From an uncultured Steroidobacteraceae bacterium (lineage in GTDB: Bacteria; Pseudomonadota; Gammaproteobacteria; Steroidobacterales; Steroidobacteraceae), in contig CAZZWZ010000001.1 of assembly GCA_964657955.1 (NCBI GenBank), positions 1 through 43,698 of the forward strand: a stretch of DNA of 43,698 nt, read 5' to 3'. The notes beneath the pieces were generated by a model. It made no database searches and was not told where the DNA came from. It saw only the letters and a list, made by a program, of their open reading frames with translations. Numbering within the stretch: the first letter of the stretch is position 1; every line of letters starts with the position of its first letter. Positions 26,685 to 34,934 of the stretch are shown one piece after another. The translations under genes were made by a program, and so were the position numbers.

Positions 26685-26783
26685 GGGCGGTCTCGCTGTG
26701 GGCTCAAGCCGATATTTTAGCGGACGGCGGGATCACTTGGTCACATGATGGGTGCTGGTTGCGTAGAATAGTAATAGGATTGA

Positions 26784-27152
<369 letters not shown>

Positions 27153-27220
27153 GTCGCGCGGCGTCCTGAGTCCGGCGCGACCTCGTGAAACCATCCCCGC
27201 GCCGCGGGTCTACCGCGGCC

Positions 27221-27745
27221 TCATGTGTCTTCTGTGTCTTCGGAGTTTCGCGCCGCGGCCGCCTTGCGCCGCCGTGACATCAGCATCAAGAAGCCGATGC
27301 ACACCGCGAAATTGAGCACCCACCACCCGAGCTGACGGCTGCTGTTGCCGGTGTCCTCCGCCGGTTTTGCCGCCACCTGCAGCGCTCCCTTGAGATCCTC
27401 GTGCAGGTCTCCCTGCGCCACCTGGAACACCAGCGCCGCCGACCCGGGCAGGCGAAGATCCTTGGTCTCCATGCCGTAACCGCCGTCGGCTTCGGCCGTG
27501 GTGGGATGCACGGTACCGCGCAACAGCACGGTCACGACGGCATCGCGCACCGGCGCATTGTCGAGCAGACGGCTGACGTGAATCTGCATCCGGTCGTCGT
27601 GCACGATGCCGACGGCGAGCAGATGGGTCGAGCGTGCCTCGACGCGTACCGGCGGATTCGGTGAATCGGCGGCGGCGTCGAGCAACACGCCGCCGGCCAG
27701 CACGAGTGCGAACGCGGCGCGCCGCAGGCTTCGAAATCCGCTCAA
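27221..27745 (-). CDS. Hypothetical exported protein with a C-terminal membrane helix
   Basis: A tentative TTG start at 27745 gives MSGFRSLRRAAFALVLAGGVLLDAAA, which is signal-like. The C-terminus has LGWWVLNFAVCIGFLMLM followed by SRRRK. I did not recognise a family, and the start is uncertain. Confidence 0.45.
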   Translation of the reverse strand: MSGFRSLRRAAFALVLAGGVLLDAAADSPNPPVRVEARSTHLLAVGIVHDDRMQIHVSRLLDNAPVRDAVVTVLLRGTVHPTTAEADGGYGMETKDLRLPGSAALVFQVAQGDLHEDLKGALQVAAKPAEDTGNSSRQLGWWVLNFAVCIGFLMLMSRRRKAAAARNSEDTEDT

Positions 27746-27893
27746 GGCCGCCCGCCCGGCCGTCGAGCGGCCGCGTCGGACCACGCGTCGCCGACGCTCC
27801 GCGCGCCGGCAGCGGAGCCTTCGGCAGTTACTTCGAGTTCGAGCATGGAGTAATCTCAATTGTCGACACACGATCCTGGAACTCGAGAACCGC

Positions 27894-29222
27894 ATGCTAC
27901 GCACCAGCGCAATCACCCGGCGGATTTTATCGCAAAACAGAGCCCGGGACTTCGATCGGTTGACCTTGAAGTGCGCGCAGCTGAGGCAGGATCCGTTCGC
28001 CTTCTTCCGCGGCACGAATCCGTTGTTCCTGGAATTTCTGCCGCGGGCGCATGCCCTGTTCAAGGCGCCCCGAACCTTGATCTGCGGCGACCTGCACCTG
28101 GAGAATTTCGGTGCGTTCAAGGGCGACAACCGCCTGTGCTATTTCGACATCAACGATTTCGACGAAGCCTGCCTGGCGCCCCTGACCCTGGACATCGTGC
28201 GCTTCGTGACCGGAGTCAAGGTGGCGGCCCGGGGACTGGGCCTGAACCGGACCCGGTGCCGGTTGCTGGTGCGAAGCTTTCTGCTCGCGTACATCGCCGC
28301 CATACGCGACGGCAAGCCGCGCTGGATCGAGCGCTCGCTGGCCACCGGCGTCTTTCGCGCGCTGCTGCGTCGTGCGATGCGGCGCTCGCGCAGCGACCTG
28401 TTGAACCGGTTCACGAAGCTCAAGGGCGGCCGGCGAAGCCTGAAAATCGACGGGGTGCGGGCGTTGGCGCTGGATGGGACGAAGAGTTCGGCGTTCGCCG
28501 GCGTGCTGTCGCAGCTCGAAGTCCCCGGAAGCGCCACGAGGTCCGCGACGCGGCGATTTTTCGCGCTCGAGGGCGCCGCGCGCCGCATCGCCGGGAATGG
28601 CAGCCTGGGATTGGAGCGGTACATGTTGCTGGTGCATGGCCGCGGGGGACCGGACGGTCAGTTCGTGCTGGACATGAAATTCGCGGCACCCTCGGCCGTC
28701 ATCGGTTGGCTGAAGCGCCCGCAGCCGGCATGGTCCGACGATGCGGCCCGCGTCATCGACGTGCAGAAGATCATGCAGGCGATCGCGCCCGCCATGCTGG
28801 ACGCCGTGAAGATGAACGGGCGGTCCTTCGTGCTGAAGGAATTGCAGCCGAGCATCGACCGGCTGAACCTCGCGTCGTGGCGCAAAAAGATGAACCGTTC
28901 CATCCAGGCCATCGAGGGCATGGGCCGCGTGACGGCCTGGGCGCATCTGCGCGGTTGCGGGCATCACGGCGCCGCGTCGGTCGAAACATTGCAAGCCTAC
29001 GTGGCGGGCGCGGGTGCGGCCGGCAAGGGTGCGGCCGGCCATGGCTGGGTGGCCGCGACGGAGCGGCTGTCGGATGCGGCGGCCGTGCGCATCCAGCGGG
29101 CGTGGCAGGCCTACTCCAAGGATTACGATTCCGGGGCCGTGGGCGCCGCCATCGCGCCCAAGGCCGCCCGGGCCGGGAGATCTCGGGCGACCGCCGCCGC
29201 GGCCGGGCCCGCGGTCATCTGA
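27894..29222 (+). CDS. DUF2252 domain-containing protein
   Basis: DPFAFFRGTNPLFLEFL...CGDLHLENFGAFKGDNRLCYFDINDFDEA is typical of DUF2252. I chose ATG 27894; upstream of it the track ORF is Arg-rich filler. Confidence 0.8.
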   Translation: MLRTSAITRRILSQNRARDFDRLTLKCAQLRQDPFAFFRGTNPLFLEFLPRAHALFKAPRTLICGDLHLENFGAFKGDNRLCYFDINDFDEACLAPLTLDIVRFVTGVKVAARGLGLNRTRCRLLVRSFLLAYIAAIRDGKPRWIERSLATGVFRALLRRAMRRSRSDLLNRFTKLKGGRRSLKIDGVRALALDGTKSSAFAGVLSQLEVPGSATRSATRRFFALEGAARRIAGNGSLGLERYMLLVHGRGGPDGQFVLDMKFAAPSAVIGWLKRPQPAWSDDAARVIDVQKIMQAIAPAMLDAVKMNGRSFVLKELQPSIDRLNLASWRKKMNRSIQAIEGMGRVTAWAHLRGCGHHGAASVETLQAYVAGAGAAGKGAAGHGWVAATERLSDAAAVRIQRAWQAYSKDYDSGAVGAAIAPKAARAGRSRATAAAAGPAVI

Positions 29223-29715
29223 CCAGGTGCAGGCGCGGATTGCCGCGCGAGATACCGAGGACGCCGCTGCGCACCACCTCGATCACGGCGCCGAAAGCGC
29301 CGACGTTCGCGATGAATTCTCCGATCTGAGTCTCGGTGCCGGCGAGCTCCACGATGAAGCTCGCCGGTTTCGCCGACAGCACCTTCCCGCCCACCTGCCG
29401 CGTCAGGGCGTCGACGGACTCGACGTGGTCGGCGGCGACCTGGAGCTTGACCAGCAGCAGCTCGCGGGCGAGGTGATCGCCGCTGGTCATGTCCTCGACC
29501 GCCACCACGTCCACCAGCTTGCACAGCTGGGCGTTGATCTGTGCGATCACCTCCTCGGAACCGATGGTGACCAGGGTGACCCGGGAGACGGTGGGATCGT
29601 CGGTGGGCGCGACCGACAGCGATTCGATGTTGTAGCCGCGCGTGGAGATCAAGCCGGTGACGCGGGTGAGCGCGCCGGCTTCGTTTTGCAGGAGAACGGC
29701 GATGAGGTGGCGCAT
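29215..29715 (-). CDS. ilvH: Acetolactate synthase (AHAS) small regulatory subunit
   Basis: MRHLIAVLLQNEAGALTRVTGLISTRGYNIESLSVAPTDDPTVSRVTLV... is near-collinear with E. coli IlvH. Confidence 0.95.
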   Translation of the reverse strand: MRHLIAVLLQNEAGALTRVTGLISTRGYNIESLSVAPTDDPTVSRVTLVTIGSEEVIAQINAQLCKLVDVVAVEDMTSGDHLARELLLVKLQVAADHVESVDALTRQVGGKVLSAKPASFIVELAGTETQIGEFIANVGAFGAVIEVVRSGVLGISRGNPRLHLVR

Positions 29716-29778
29716 GGGGCCGCAGGATACGGGAGGCCGGCACTTGGGCGCTAGGGCCAGAGATGCTAGTCTCCCCGG

Positions 29779-31614
29779 GTGAAAGACCGCGACGACATGT
29801 TAAATCAGGGCGCTCATCCGCTGGCCGGCTCGAGCATGACGGGCGCGGACATGCTCGTGCAGGTTCTCGCGGACGAGGGCGTGGACACCATCTTCGGCTA
29901 CAGCGGCGGCGCGATCCTGCCGATCTACGACTCGGTTTTTCGTTACAACGAACAGCATCGGTCGTCCATGCCGCTGATCGTACCGGCCAACGAACAGGGC
30001 GCGGGCTTCATGGCCGCCGGTTTCGCCCGCGCCAGCGGCCGGGTGGGCGTGGCCCTGGTGACCTCGGGACCGGGAGCGACCAACATGGTCACGCCGGTGC
30101 GCGACAGCATGGCCGATTCGGTGCCCATCGTCGTGATCTGCGGGCAGGTGCCGACCACCGCCATCGGCACCGATGCGTTCCAGGAAGCGCCGGTGCCCAC
30201 CATCATGGGGGCGGTCGCCAAACACGTTTTTTTGATCACCGATCCGCTGAAGCTGGAAGCCACCGTGCGCACCGCGTTCGAAATCGCGCGCACCGGCCGT
30301 CCCGGCCCCGTGGTGCTCGACGTGCCCAAGGACGTTCAGAATTGGAAGGGGGTTTTCCGGGGTTCGGGCCGGCTGCCCATCCCGGGCTACCGGCAACGGA
30401 TGAACCGCCTGGAAGGCAGCAGGCTGCCGGAAGCCGCGTGCGCGGATTTCTTCGCGGCGTTGCAGGTCGCCGAGCGTCCGCTCATCTATGCCGGCGGCGG
30501 CGTGATCAACGCCGAAGCCTCGGAGGCGCTGCGCAAGTTTGCCGGAACGTTCGACATCCCGGTGGTGACCACGCTCATGGGAATCGGCGCTGTGGACACC
30601 ACCGACCGGATGTCCATGCGCATGCTGGGGATGCACGGCGCGGCATTCGCGAACTATGCCGTGGACGATTGCGACTTCCTGCTGGCCCTGGGCGCCCGGT
30701 TCGACGACCGCGTCGCCGGCAATCCGGCGAAGTTTGCCGCGCGGGCCAGATTCATCGCGCATCTGGACATCGATGCGTCGGAGATCAACAAGGTCAAGAG
30801 CGTCCAATGGCACCACGTGGGCGTCATGACGGATGCGCTGCAGGCGCTGACGGCGTACGGCCGGCGGCACGGCTTCTCGCGCGATTGGAGCGTCTGGCGG
30901 GAGCATTGCGAGGCGCTGCGCACGAAGTACGCGATGAACTACGACCGGGACAGCGAGGCGATCCAGCCCTACTACGTCATCGAAGAGATCAACCGGCTGA
31001 CCCGCGGGGAGGCCATCATCACCACGGGCGTCGGTCAGCACCAGATGTGGGCCGCGCAGTATTTCGATTTCCGCAGTCCCCGGCTGTGGCTGACGTCGGG
31101 CAGCATGGGAACCATGGGATTCGGGCTGCCGGCGGCGGTGGGCGCGCAATTCGCCCAGCGGGGCCGGCTGGTGATCGACATCGACGGCGACGGCAGCATC
31201 CGCATGAACATCGGCGAACTGGAAACCGTCACCACGTACGACCTGCCCATCAAGGTCGTCGTGCTGAACAATTGCGGTGACGGCATGGTGAAGCAGTGGC
31301 AGAAGCTCTTCCACAAGGGGCGCCTCAGCGGCAGCGACAAGAGCCTGCACACCAAGGATTTCGTCAAAGCCGCCCAGGCCGATGGGTTCAAGTACGCGGT
31401 CCGCCTGGACCGCAAGGCCGATGTCCCGCGCATCGTCGAAGAGTTCATTCGCTTCGAAGGTGCCGCCTTTCTCGAGGTGCTCATCGACCAGGATGCCGGC
31501 GTGTACCCCATGGTGGGTCCGGGGCAGGCCTACGAGGAGATGATCACGGGCGATCACATCCCGTCCCGCGTCCCGGTGGAAGTCAAGACGCCGGACGCCT
31601 CGGAGATGTTCTAG
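29779..31614 (+). CDS. ilvI: Acetolactate synthase (AHAS) large catalytic subunit
   Basis: GADMLVQVLADEGVDTIFGYSGGAILPIYD, VTSGPGATN, the ThDP motif GSMGTMGFGLPAA...DGDGS...LNN, and MVKQWQ. The start is uncertain (GTG 29779, ATG 29797 or ATG 29836). Confidence 0.95.
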   Translation: MKDRDDMLNQGAHPLAGSSMTGADMLVQVLADEGVDTIFGYSGGAILPIYDSVFRYNEQHRSSMPLIVPANEQGAGFMAAGFARASGRVGVALVTSGPGATNMVTPVRDSMADSVPIVVICGQVPTTAIGTDAFQEAPVPTIMGAVAKHVFLITDPLKLEATVRTAFEIARTGRPGPVVLDVPKDVQNWKGVFRGSGRLPIPGYRQRMNRLEGSRLPEAACADFFAALQVAERPLIYAGGGVINAEASEALRKFAGTFDIPVVTTLMGIGAVDTTDRMSMRMLGMHGAAFANYAVDDCDFLLALGARFDDRVAGNPAKFAARARFIAHLDIDASEINKVKSVQWHHVGVMTDALQALTAYGRRHGFSRDWSVWREHCEALRTKYAMNYDRDSEAIQPYYVIEEINRLTRGEAIITTGVGQHQMWAAQYFDFRSPRLWLTSGSMGTMGFGLPAAVGAQFAQRGRLVIDIDGDGSIRMNIGELETVTTYDLPIKVVVLNNCGDGMVKQWQKLFHKGRLSGSDKSLHTKDFVKAAQADGFKYAVRLDRKADVPRIVEEFIRFEGAAFLEVLIDQDAGVYPMVGPGQAYEEMITGDHIPSRVPVEVKTPDASEMF

Positions 31615-31698
31615 ACACCGGTCCCGTCGAAGGTCTTCCGGCAGAAGACCTCGAGCCGCAGGCCGCGGCGTTCACCGAAACATCGGTCTCGAGTCGGC

Positions 31699-32118
31699 TC
31701 ACCAGACGCCGGTGTTGGGCATGGAGGCCCAGGGTTCGGCCGGCGGCAGCGATGCGCCCTGCTGGAGCAGCTCCACGGAGATCTGGTCGGGCGAGCGCAC
31801 GAAGGCCATGTGTCCGTCGCGGGGCGGCCGGTTGATGGTGACCCCATGATCCATCAAGCGCCGGCAGGTGGCGTAGATGTCCTCCACCTCATACGCCAGG
31901 TGGCCGAAATTGCGGCCGGCATCGTATGGCTGGGGATCCCAGTTGTAAGTCAGTTCCACCGGGGCACGCTCATCACCCGCGGCGGCGAGAAAGATCAGCG
32001 TGAACCGGCCCTTGGTGCTTTCCTGCCGATTCAATTCCACCAGCCCCAGGGCATCGCGATAAAAACGCAGCGACTGCTCGATGTCGGTGACCCGGACCAT
32101 GGTGTGCAGATATTTCAT
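31699..32118 (-). CDS. gloA: Lactoylglutathione lyase (glyoxalase I)
   Basis: MKYLHTMVRVTDIEQSLRFYRDALGL...ELTYNW...GHLAYEVEDIY...GHMAFVRSPDQISVELLQ. I chose ATG 32118. Confidence 0.9.
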   Translation of the reverse strand: MKYLHTMVRVTDIEQSLRFYRDALGLVELNRQESTKGRFTLIFLAAAGDERAPVELTYNWDPQPYDAGRNFGHLAYEVEDIYATCRRLMDHGVTINRPPRDGHMAFVRSPDQISVELLQQGASLPPAEPWASMPNTGVW

Positions 32119-32305
32119 GAACTTGCCCTCCGTCGTGCGCCCGAATCTGGCGCAATCCGCCGGCAAACGCAAACGCCCGCGCATTCGGCCGAAGCGCGCA
32201 TCGCACCAGGCCGAAGCGCGCGCGGCGGAAAGGCTCCCCACGCGGGCTCCGATGCGCTCGTGCTGCGCTGCGCGTCACACAACGATTTCTAGATGTTGTA
32301 CTTAT

Positions 32306-32324
32306 GTCACAATCAACGTGTGAC
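32306..32324. promoter_or_regulatory. Perfect palindrome GTCACA-N7-TGTGAC in the gloA/dctA intergenic region
   Basis: Read directly as atGTCACAatcaacgTGTGACtt. It lies just upstream of the promoter-like hexamers at 32332-32360. Confidence 0.45.
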
Positions 32325-32331
32325 TTAACTC

Positions 32332-32360
32332 TTGGATTTATCGGTCTTAACTGGTATTCT
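32332..32360 (+). promoter_or_regulatory. Sigma70-like promoter candidate (TTGGAT - 17 nt - TATTCT)
   Basis: The hexamers sit at 32332-32337 and 32355-32360 with a 17-nt spacer, inside a locally AT-rich patch. Confidence 0.35.
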
Positions 32361-32446
32361 GACGACCAATGTGGTGGCGGCGTTGTTTTTTTGCAGCCAC
32401 CCGGCGCAACAACTGATAGAAGGTCGAACGTAAGGGCAATGCAATG

Positions 32447-32484
32447 CCCCGCGTATCCACCAATGACGGACGTGCGGGGTTTTT
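32447..32484 (+). terminator. Intrinsic-terminator-like hairpin plus T5 run, about 210 nt upstream of the dctA start
   Basis: CCCCGC(GT) at 32447-32454 pairs with (GT)GCGGGG ending at 32479 and is followed by TTTTT at 32480-32484. A second hairpin, CCCCGG-caagt-CCGGGG, lies at 32511-32527. Confidence 0.45.
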
Positions 32485-32539
32485 ACCTTGCACCTGTTCC
32501 CCTCCGAATTCCCCGGCAAGTCCGGGGATTCTTTTAACT

Positions 32540-32586
32540 GGGCCAGCCGAGCGTATTCCCGCCCGGGCCAACTGAGCCTATTCCCG
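32540..32586. repeat. Tandem direct repeat, two 22-nt units with a 25-bp period (GGGCCArCyGAGCsTATTCCCG)
   Basis: 32540-32561 and 32565-32586 match at 19/22 positions. Confidence 0.6.
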
Positions 32587-32609
32587 ACCAGTGCAACCTC
32601 GCTCGAACT

Positions 32610-32635
32610 CCGGCACGCGTCATGGACGCGTCCGG
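32610..32635. promoter_or_regulatory. Strong palindrome/hairpin CCGG-c-ACGCGTC-atg-GACGCGT-CCGG in the dctA leader
   Basis: Read directly. It is a 7-bp perfect core stem with a 4-bp extension, about 60 nt upstream of the proposed dctA start. Confidence 0.5.
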
Positions 32636-32694
32636 ACCGTCGAAGCACCGCCGCGAGGGCCATTCGGTCCCGGGAATCGCTTACAGTGCCGGGC

Positions 32695-33948
32695 GTGACG
32701 CGACTGCTTCGATCGTTGTACTTCCAGGTTCTCGTGGCCATCGCGTGCGGCGTGCTGCTGGGCGTGTTGTGGCCGTCGCTGGCCGTGAAGATGCAGCCCC
32801 TGGGGGACGGCTTCGTCAAGTTGATCAAGATGCTGATCGCGCCGGTGATCTTCTGCACCGTCGTCGCCGGGATCGCCGGGGCGGGAGACGTGGGGAAAGT
32901 GGGCAGGACCGGCGGTCTGGCGCTCGCGTATTTCGAGGTCATGAGCACGGTCTCGTTGATCATCGGCCTGGTGGTGGTGAACCTCCTCAAGCCGGGCCGG
33001 GGCATGAACGTGGATCCGGCGACGCTCGACTCCGGCGCCGTCACGGCCTATGCGGGACCCGGCAAATTGGAGTCCGTGCCGCAATTCCTGCTCAACGTGA
33101 TACCGACCACCGTGGTGGACGCCTTCGCGCGCGGCGAGCTCCTGCAGGTGCTGCTGCTCGCGGTGTTGTCCGGCTTCGCCCTGCAGGCCATGCGGGAGCG
33201 CGGCACGGCTCTTCTGGCGTTGGTCGAGGCCCTGTCCGAGGCGCTGTTCACCATCGTGGGCTACATCATGCGCCTCGCGCCGCTCGGCGCCTTCGGCGCC
33301 ATGGCGTTCACCGTCGGCAGGTACGGATTCGTCTCGCTGCTCTCGCTCGGGCGATTGATGGGGAGTTTTTATCTGACCTGCCTCCTGTTCATCTTCGGTG
33401 CGCTGGGACTGGTGGCGCGTCTGCACGGCTTCAGCATCTGGAAGTTCGTGAGGTACATCCGCGAGGAATTGTTCGTGGTGCTGGGCACGTCGTCCTCGGA
33501 ATCGGCGCTGCCGCGGATGATAGCCAAGCTGCAACGCCTCGGCGCCGGCAGGCAGGTGGTGGGTCTGGTGATCCCGGCCGGGTATTCCTTCAATCTCGAC
33601 GGCACGTCCATCTATCTCAGCATGGCCACCCTCTTCATCGCACAGGCCACGAACACGCCGACCAGCTGGGCTCAACAACTCGCGCTGCTGGCGGTGCTGC
33701 TGTTGACCTCCAAGGGCGCGGCCGGGGTGACGGGCAGCGGGTTCATCGTCCTCGCGGCCACGCTGTCCTCCGTGGGCACCCTGCCGGTGGGCGGAATCGC
33801 GCTCATCCTGGGGATCGACCGCTTCATGTCCGAGGCGCGGGCGCTGACCAACGTGATCGGCAACGGGGTGGCGACCCTGGTGGTGGCCAAATGGACCGGT
33901 GAGCTCGATACGACGACAATGCAGCGTGAACTGGAGGGCGGGCGATGA
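32695..33948 (+). CDS. dctA: Dicarboxylate/amino acid:cation symporter (DAACS family, DctA-like)
   Basis: [16 protein letters not shown]...[30 protein letters not shown]...[10 protein letters not shown] is near-collinear with E. coli DctA. The start is GTG 32695 or GTG 32686. The track ORF from 32488 is an over-extension. Confidence 0.9.
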   Translation: MTRLLRSLYFQVLVAIACGVLLGVLWPSLAVKMQPLGDGFVKLIKMLIAPVIFCTVVAGIAGAGDVGKVGRTGGLALAYFEVMSTVSLIIGLVVVNLLKPGRGMNVDPATLDSGAVTAYAGPGKLESVPQFLLNVIPTTVVDAFARGELLQVLLLAVLSGFALQAMRERGTALLALVEALSEALFTIVGYIMRLAPLGAFGAMAFTVGRYGFVSLLSLGRLMGSFYLTCLLFIFGALGLVARLHGFSIWKFVRYIREELFVVLGTSSSESALPRMIAKLQRLGAGRQVVGLVIPAGYSFNLDGTSIYLSMATLFIAQATNTPTSWAQQLALLAVLLLTSKGAAGVTGSGFIVLAATLSSVGTLPVGGIALILGIDRFMSEARALTNVIGNGVATLVVAKWTGELDTTTMQRELEGGR

Positions 33949-34934
33949 CGGTGAGCGACGGTTTTTTGGGCGCGGTCGGGAATACGCCGCTGATACGCCT
34001 GCGGCATCTGAGCGATGCGACCGGCTGTGAGATCCTGGGCAAGGCGGAGTTCATGAATCCCGGCGGTTCGGTCAAGGATCGGGCGGCGCGGGGCATCGTC
34101 CTGGACGCCGAGAGGCGGGGCGTGCTCAAGCCCGGCGGCACGGTGGTGGAGGGCACGGCGGGCAACACCGGCATCGGCATCGCGCACGTCTGCAACGCGC
34201 GCGGCTACAAGTGCGTCATCGTGATGCCGGACAATCAATCCGCCGAGAAATATCAGATCATCGAGGCGTTGGGGGCCGAACTGCGCAAGGTGCCCGCCGT
34301 GCCGTACAGCAACCCCAACCAGTATCAGAAGGTGGCGGGACGCCTCGCCGACGAGCTGCCCGACGCGGTGTGGGCGAATCAATTCGACAACACGGCAAAC
34401 CGTGCCGCGCATTTCGAGGGCACCGGGCCCGAGATCTGGCGCGACACGCAGGGCCGGGTGGATGCCTTCTGCGCCGCCACGGGCACCGGCGGCACGCTGG
34501 CCGGCGTCGCGGCGTTTCTGAAGTCGAAATCCCCGGCCGTCCGCAGCGTCTTGATCGATCCCCCGGGCAGCTCGCTCTATCACTACTTCAAGGACGGCGT
34601 GCTCAAATCCGACGGCGGCTCGTCCATCACCGAGGGCATCGGCACGGGGCGCATCACCGCCAATCTCGAGGGCGCGCCCATCGACGATGCCATGCGCATC
34701 CCCGACGCGGAAACCGTGCAGTTCGTCTATCGATTGCTGCGGGAGGAAGGGCTGCTGCTCGGCAGCACGGCCGGTATCAACGTGGCCGGTGCATTCCGGC
34801 TGGCGCAGCAAATGGGCCGCGGGCACACCATCGTCACCATCCTGTGCGACGGCGGGGCGAAGTACCAGTCGCGGCTATTCAACCGGCGCTGGATCGCGGA
34901 GAAGGGTTTTGCCGGGGCGATCGGCGCGGGCTGA
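33945..34934 (+). CDS. PLP-dependent cysteine synthase family protein (CysK / cystathionine beta-synthase core-like)
   Basis: GNTPLIRL, the PLP lysine in [18 protein letters not shown] and GTGGTLAG. The ATG overlaps the dctA TGA (ATGA at 33945-33948). Confidence 0.85.
   Translation: MTVSDGFLGAVGNTPLIRLRHLSDATGCEILGKAEFMNPGGSVKDRAARGIVLDAERRGVLKPGGTVVEGTAGNTGIGIAHVCNARGYKCVIVMPDNQSAEKYQIIEALGAELRKVPAVPYSNPNQYQKVAGRLADELPDAVWANQFDNTANRAAHFEGTGPEIWRDTQGRVDAFCAATGTGGTLAGVAAFLKSKSPAVRSVLIDPPGSSLYHYFKDGVLKSDGGSSITEGIGTGRITANLEGAPIDDAMRIPDAETVQFVYRLLREEGLLLGSTAGINVAGAFRLAQQMGRGHTIVTILCDGGAKYQSRLFNRRWIAEKGFAGAIGAG

Noticed and set aside
27155-27216. Terminators between glnB and the convergent hypothetical gene: GTCGCGC-N15-GCGCGAC and CCGCGG-gtcta-CCGCGG.
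   Set aside because: The GC-rich stems exist, but neither has a flanking U/A tract. I do not report them as features.
27221-27300. A PEP-CTERM/exosortase-type or other C-terminal sorting signal on the hypothetical protein.
   Set aside because: The transmembrane helix plus Arg cluster is present. However, there is no PEP, LPXTG or GlyGly signature before the helix, and a long acidic tail follows the basic cluster. No exosortase or sortase gene is nearby.
27746-28129. The full 302-aa minus-strand ORF 27221-28129.
   Set aside because: Its N-terminal 128 residues are Arg/Cys-rich and overlap the well-supported DUF2252 gene start on the other strand. I kept only the signal-peptide-containing C-terminal 174 aa, with low confidence.
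29150-29800. Inverted repeats or IS remnants flanking ilvH that would explain its inversion.
   Set aside because: I saw no inverted or direct repeats and no transposase fragments by eye at either boundary. The mechanism remains unknown.
32306-32324. A possible CRP/FNR site in the gloA-dctA spacer.
   Set aside because: The palindrome reads TCACA-N7-TGTGA. The half-sites are in the opposite order and at different spacing from the canonical TGTGA-N6-TCACA. I kept it only as an unassigned palindrome.
32280-32540. A known housekeeping RNA (tmRNA, 6S, RNase P, SRP RNA) or a tRNA in the AT-rich patch.
   Set aside because: I saw no tRNA-like acceptor or T-loop (GTTCGAATC-type), no tmRNA tag ORF or CCA end, no SRP GGAA tetraloop helix, and no resemblance to 6S RNA as I recall it. 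It stays an unclassified candidate only.
32119-32694. A sigma-54 (-24 GG / -12 GC) promoter upstream of dctA, and likewise upstream of glnB at 26685-26813.
   Set aside because: I looked for TGGCAC-N5-TTGC-like spacing and found no convincing match by eye in either region.
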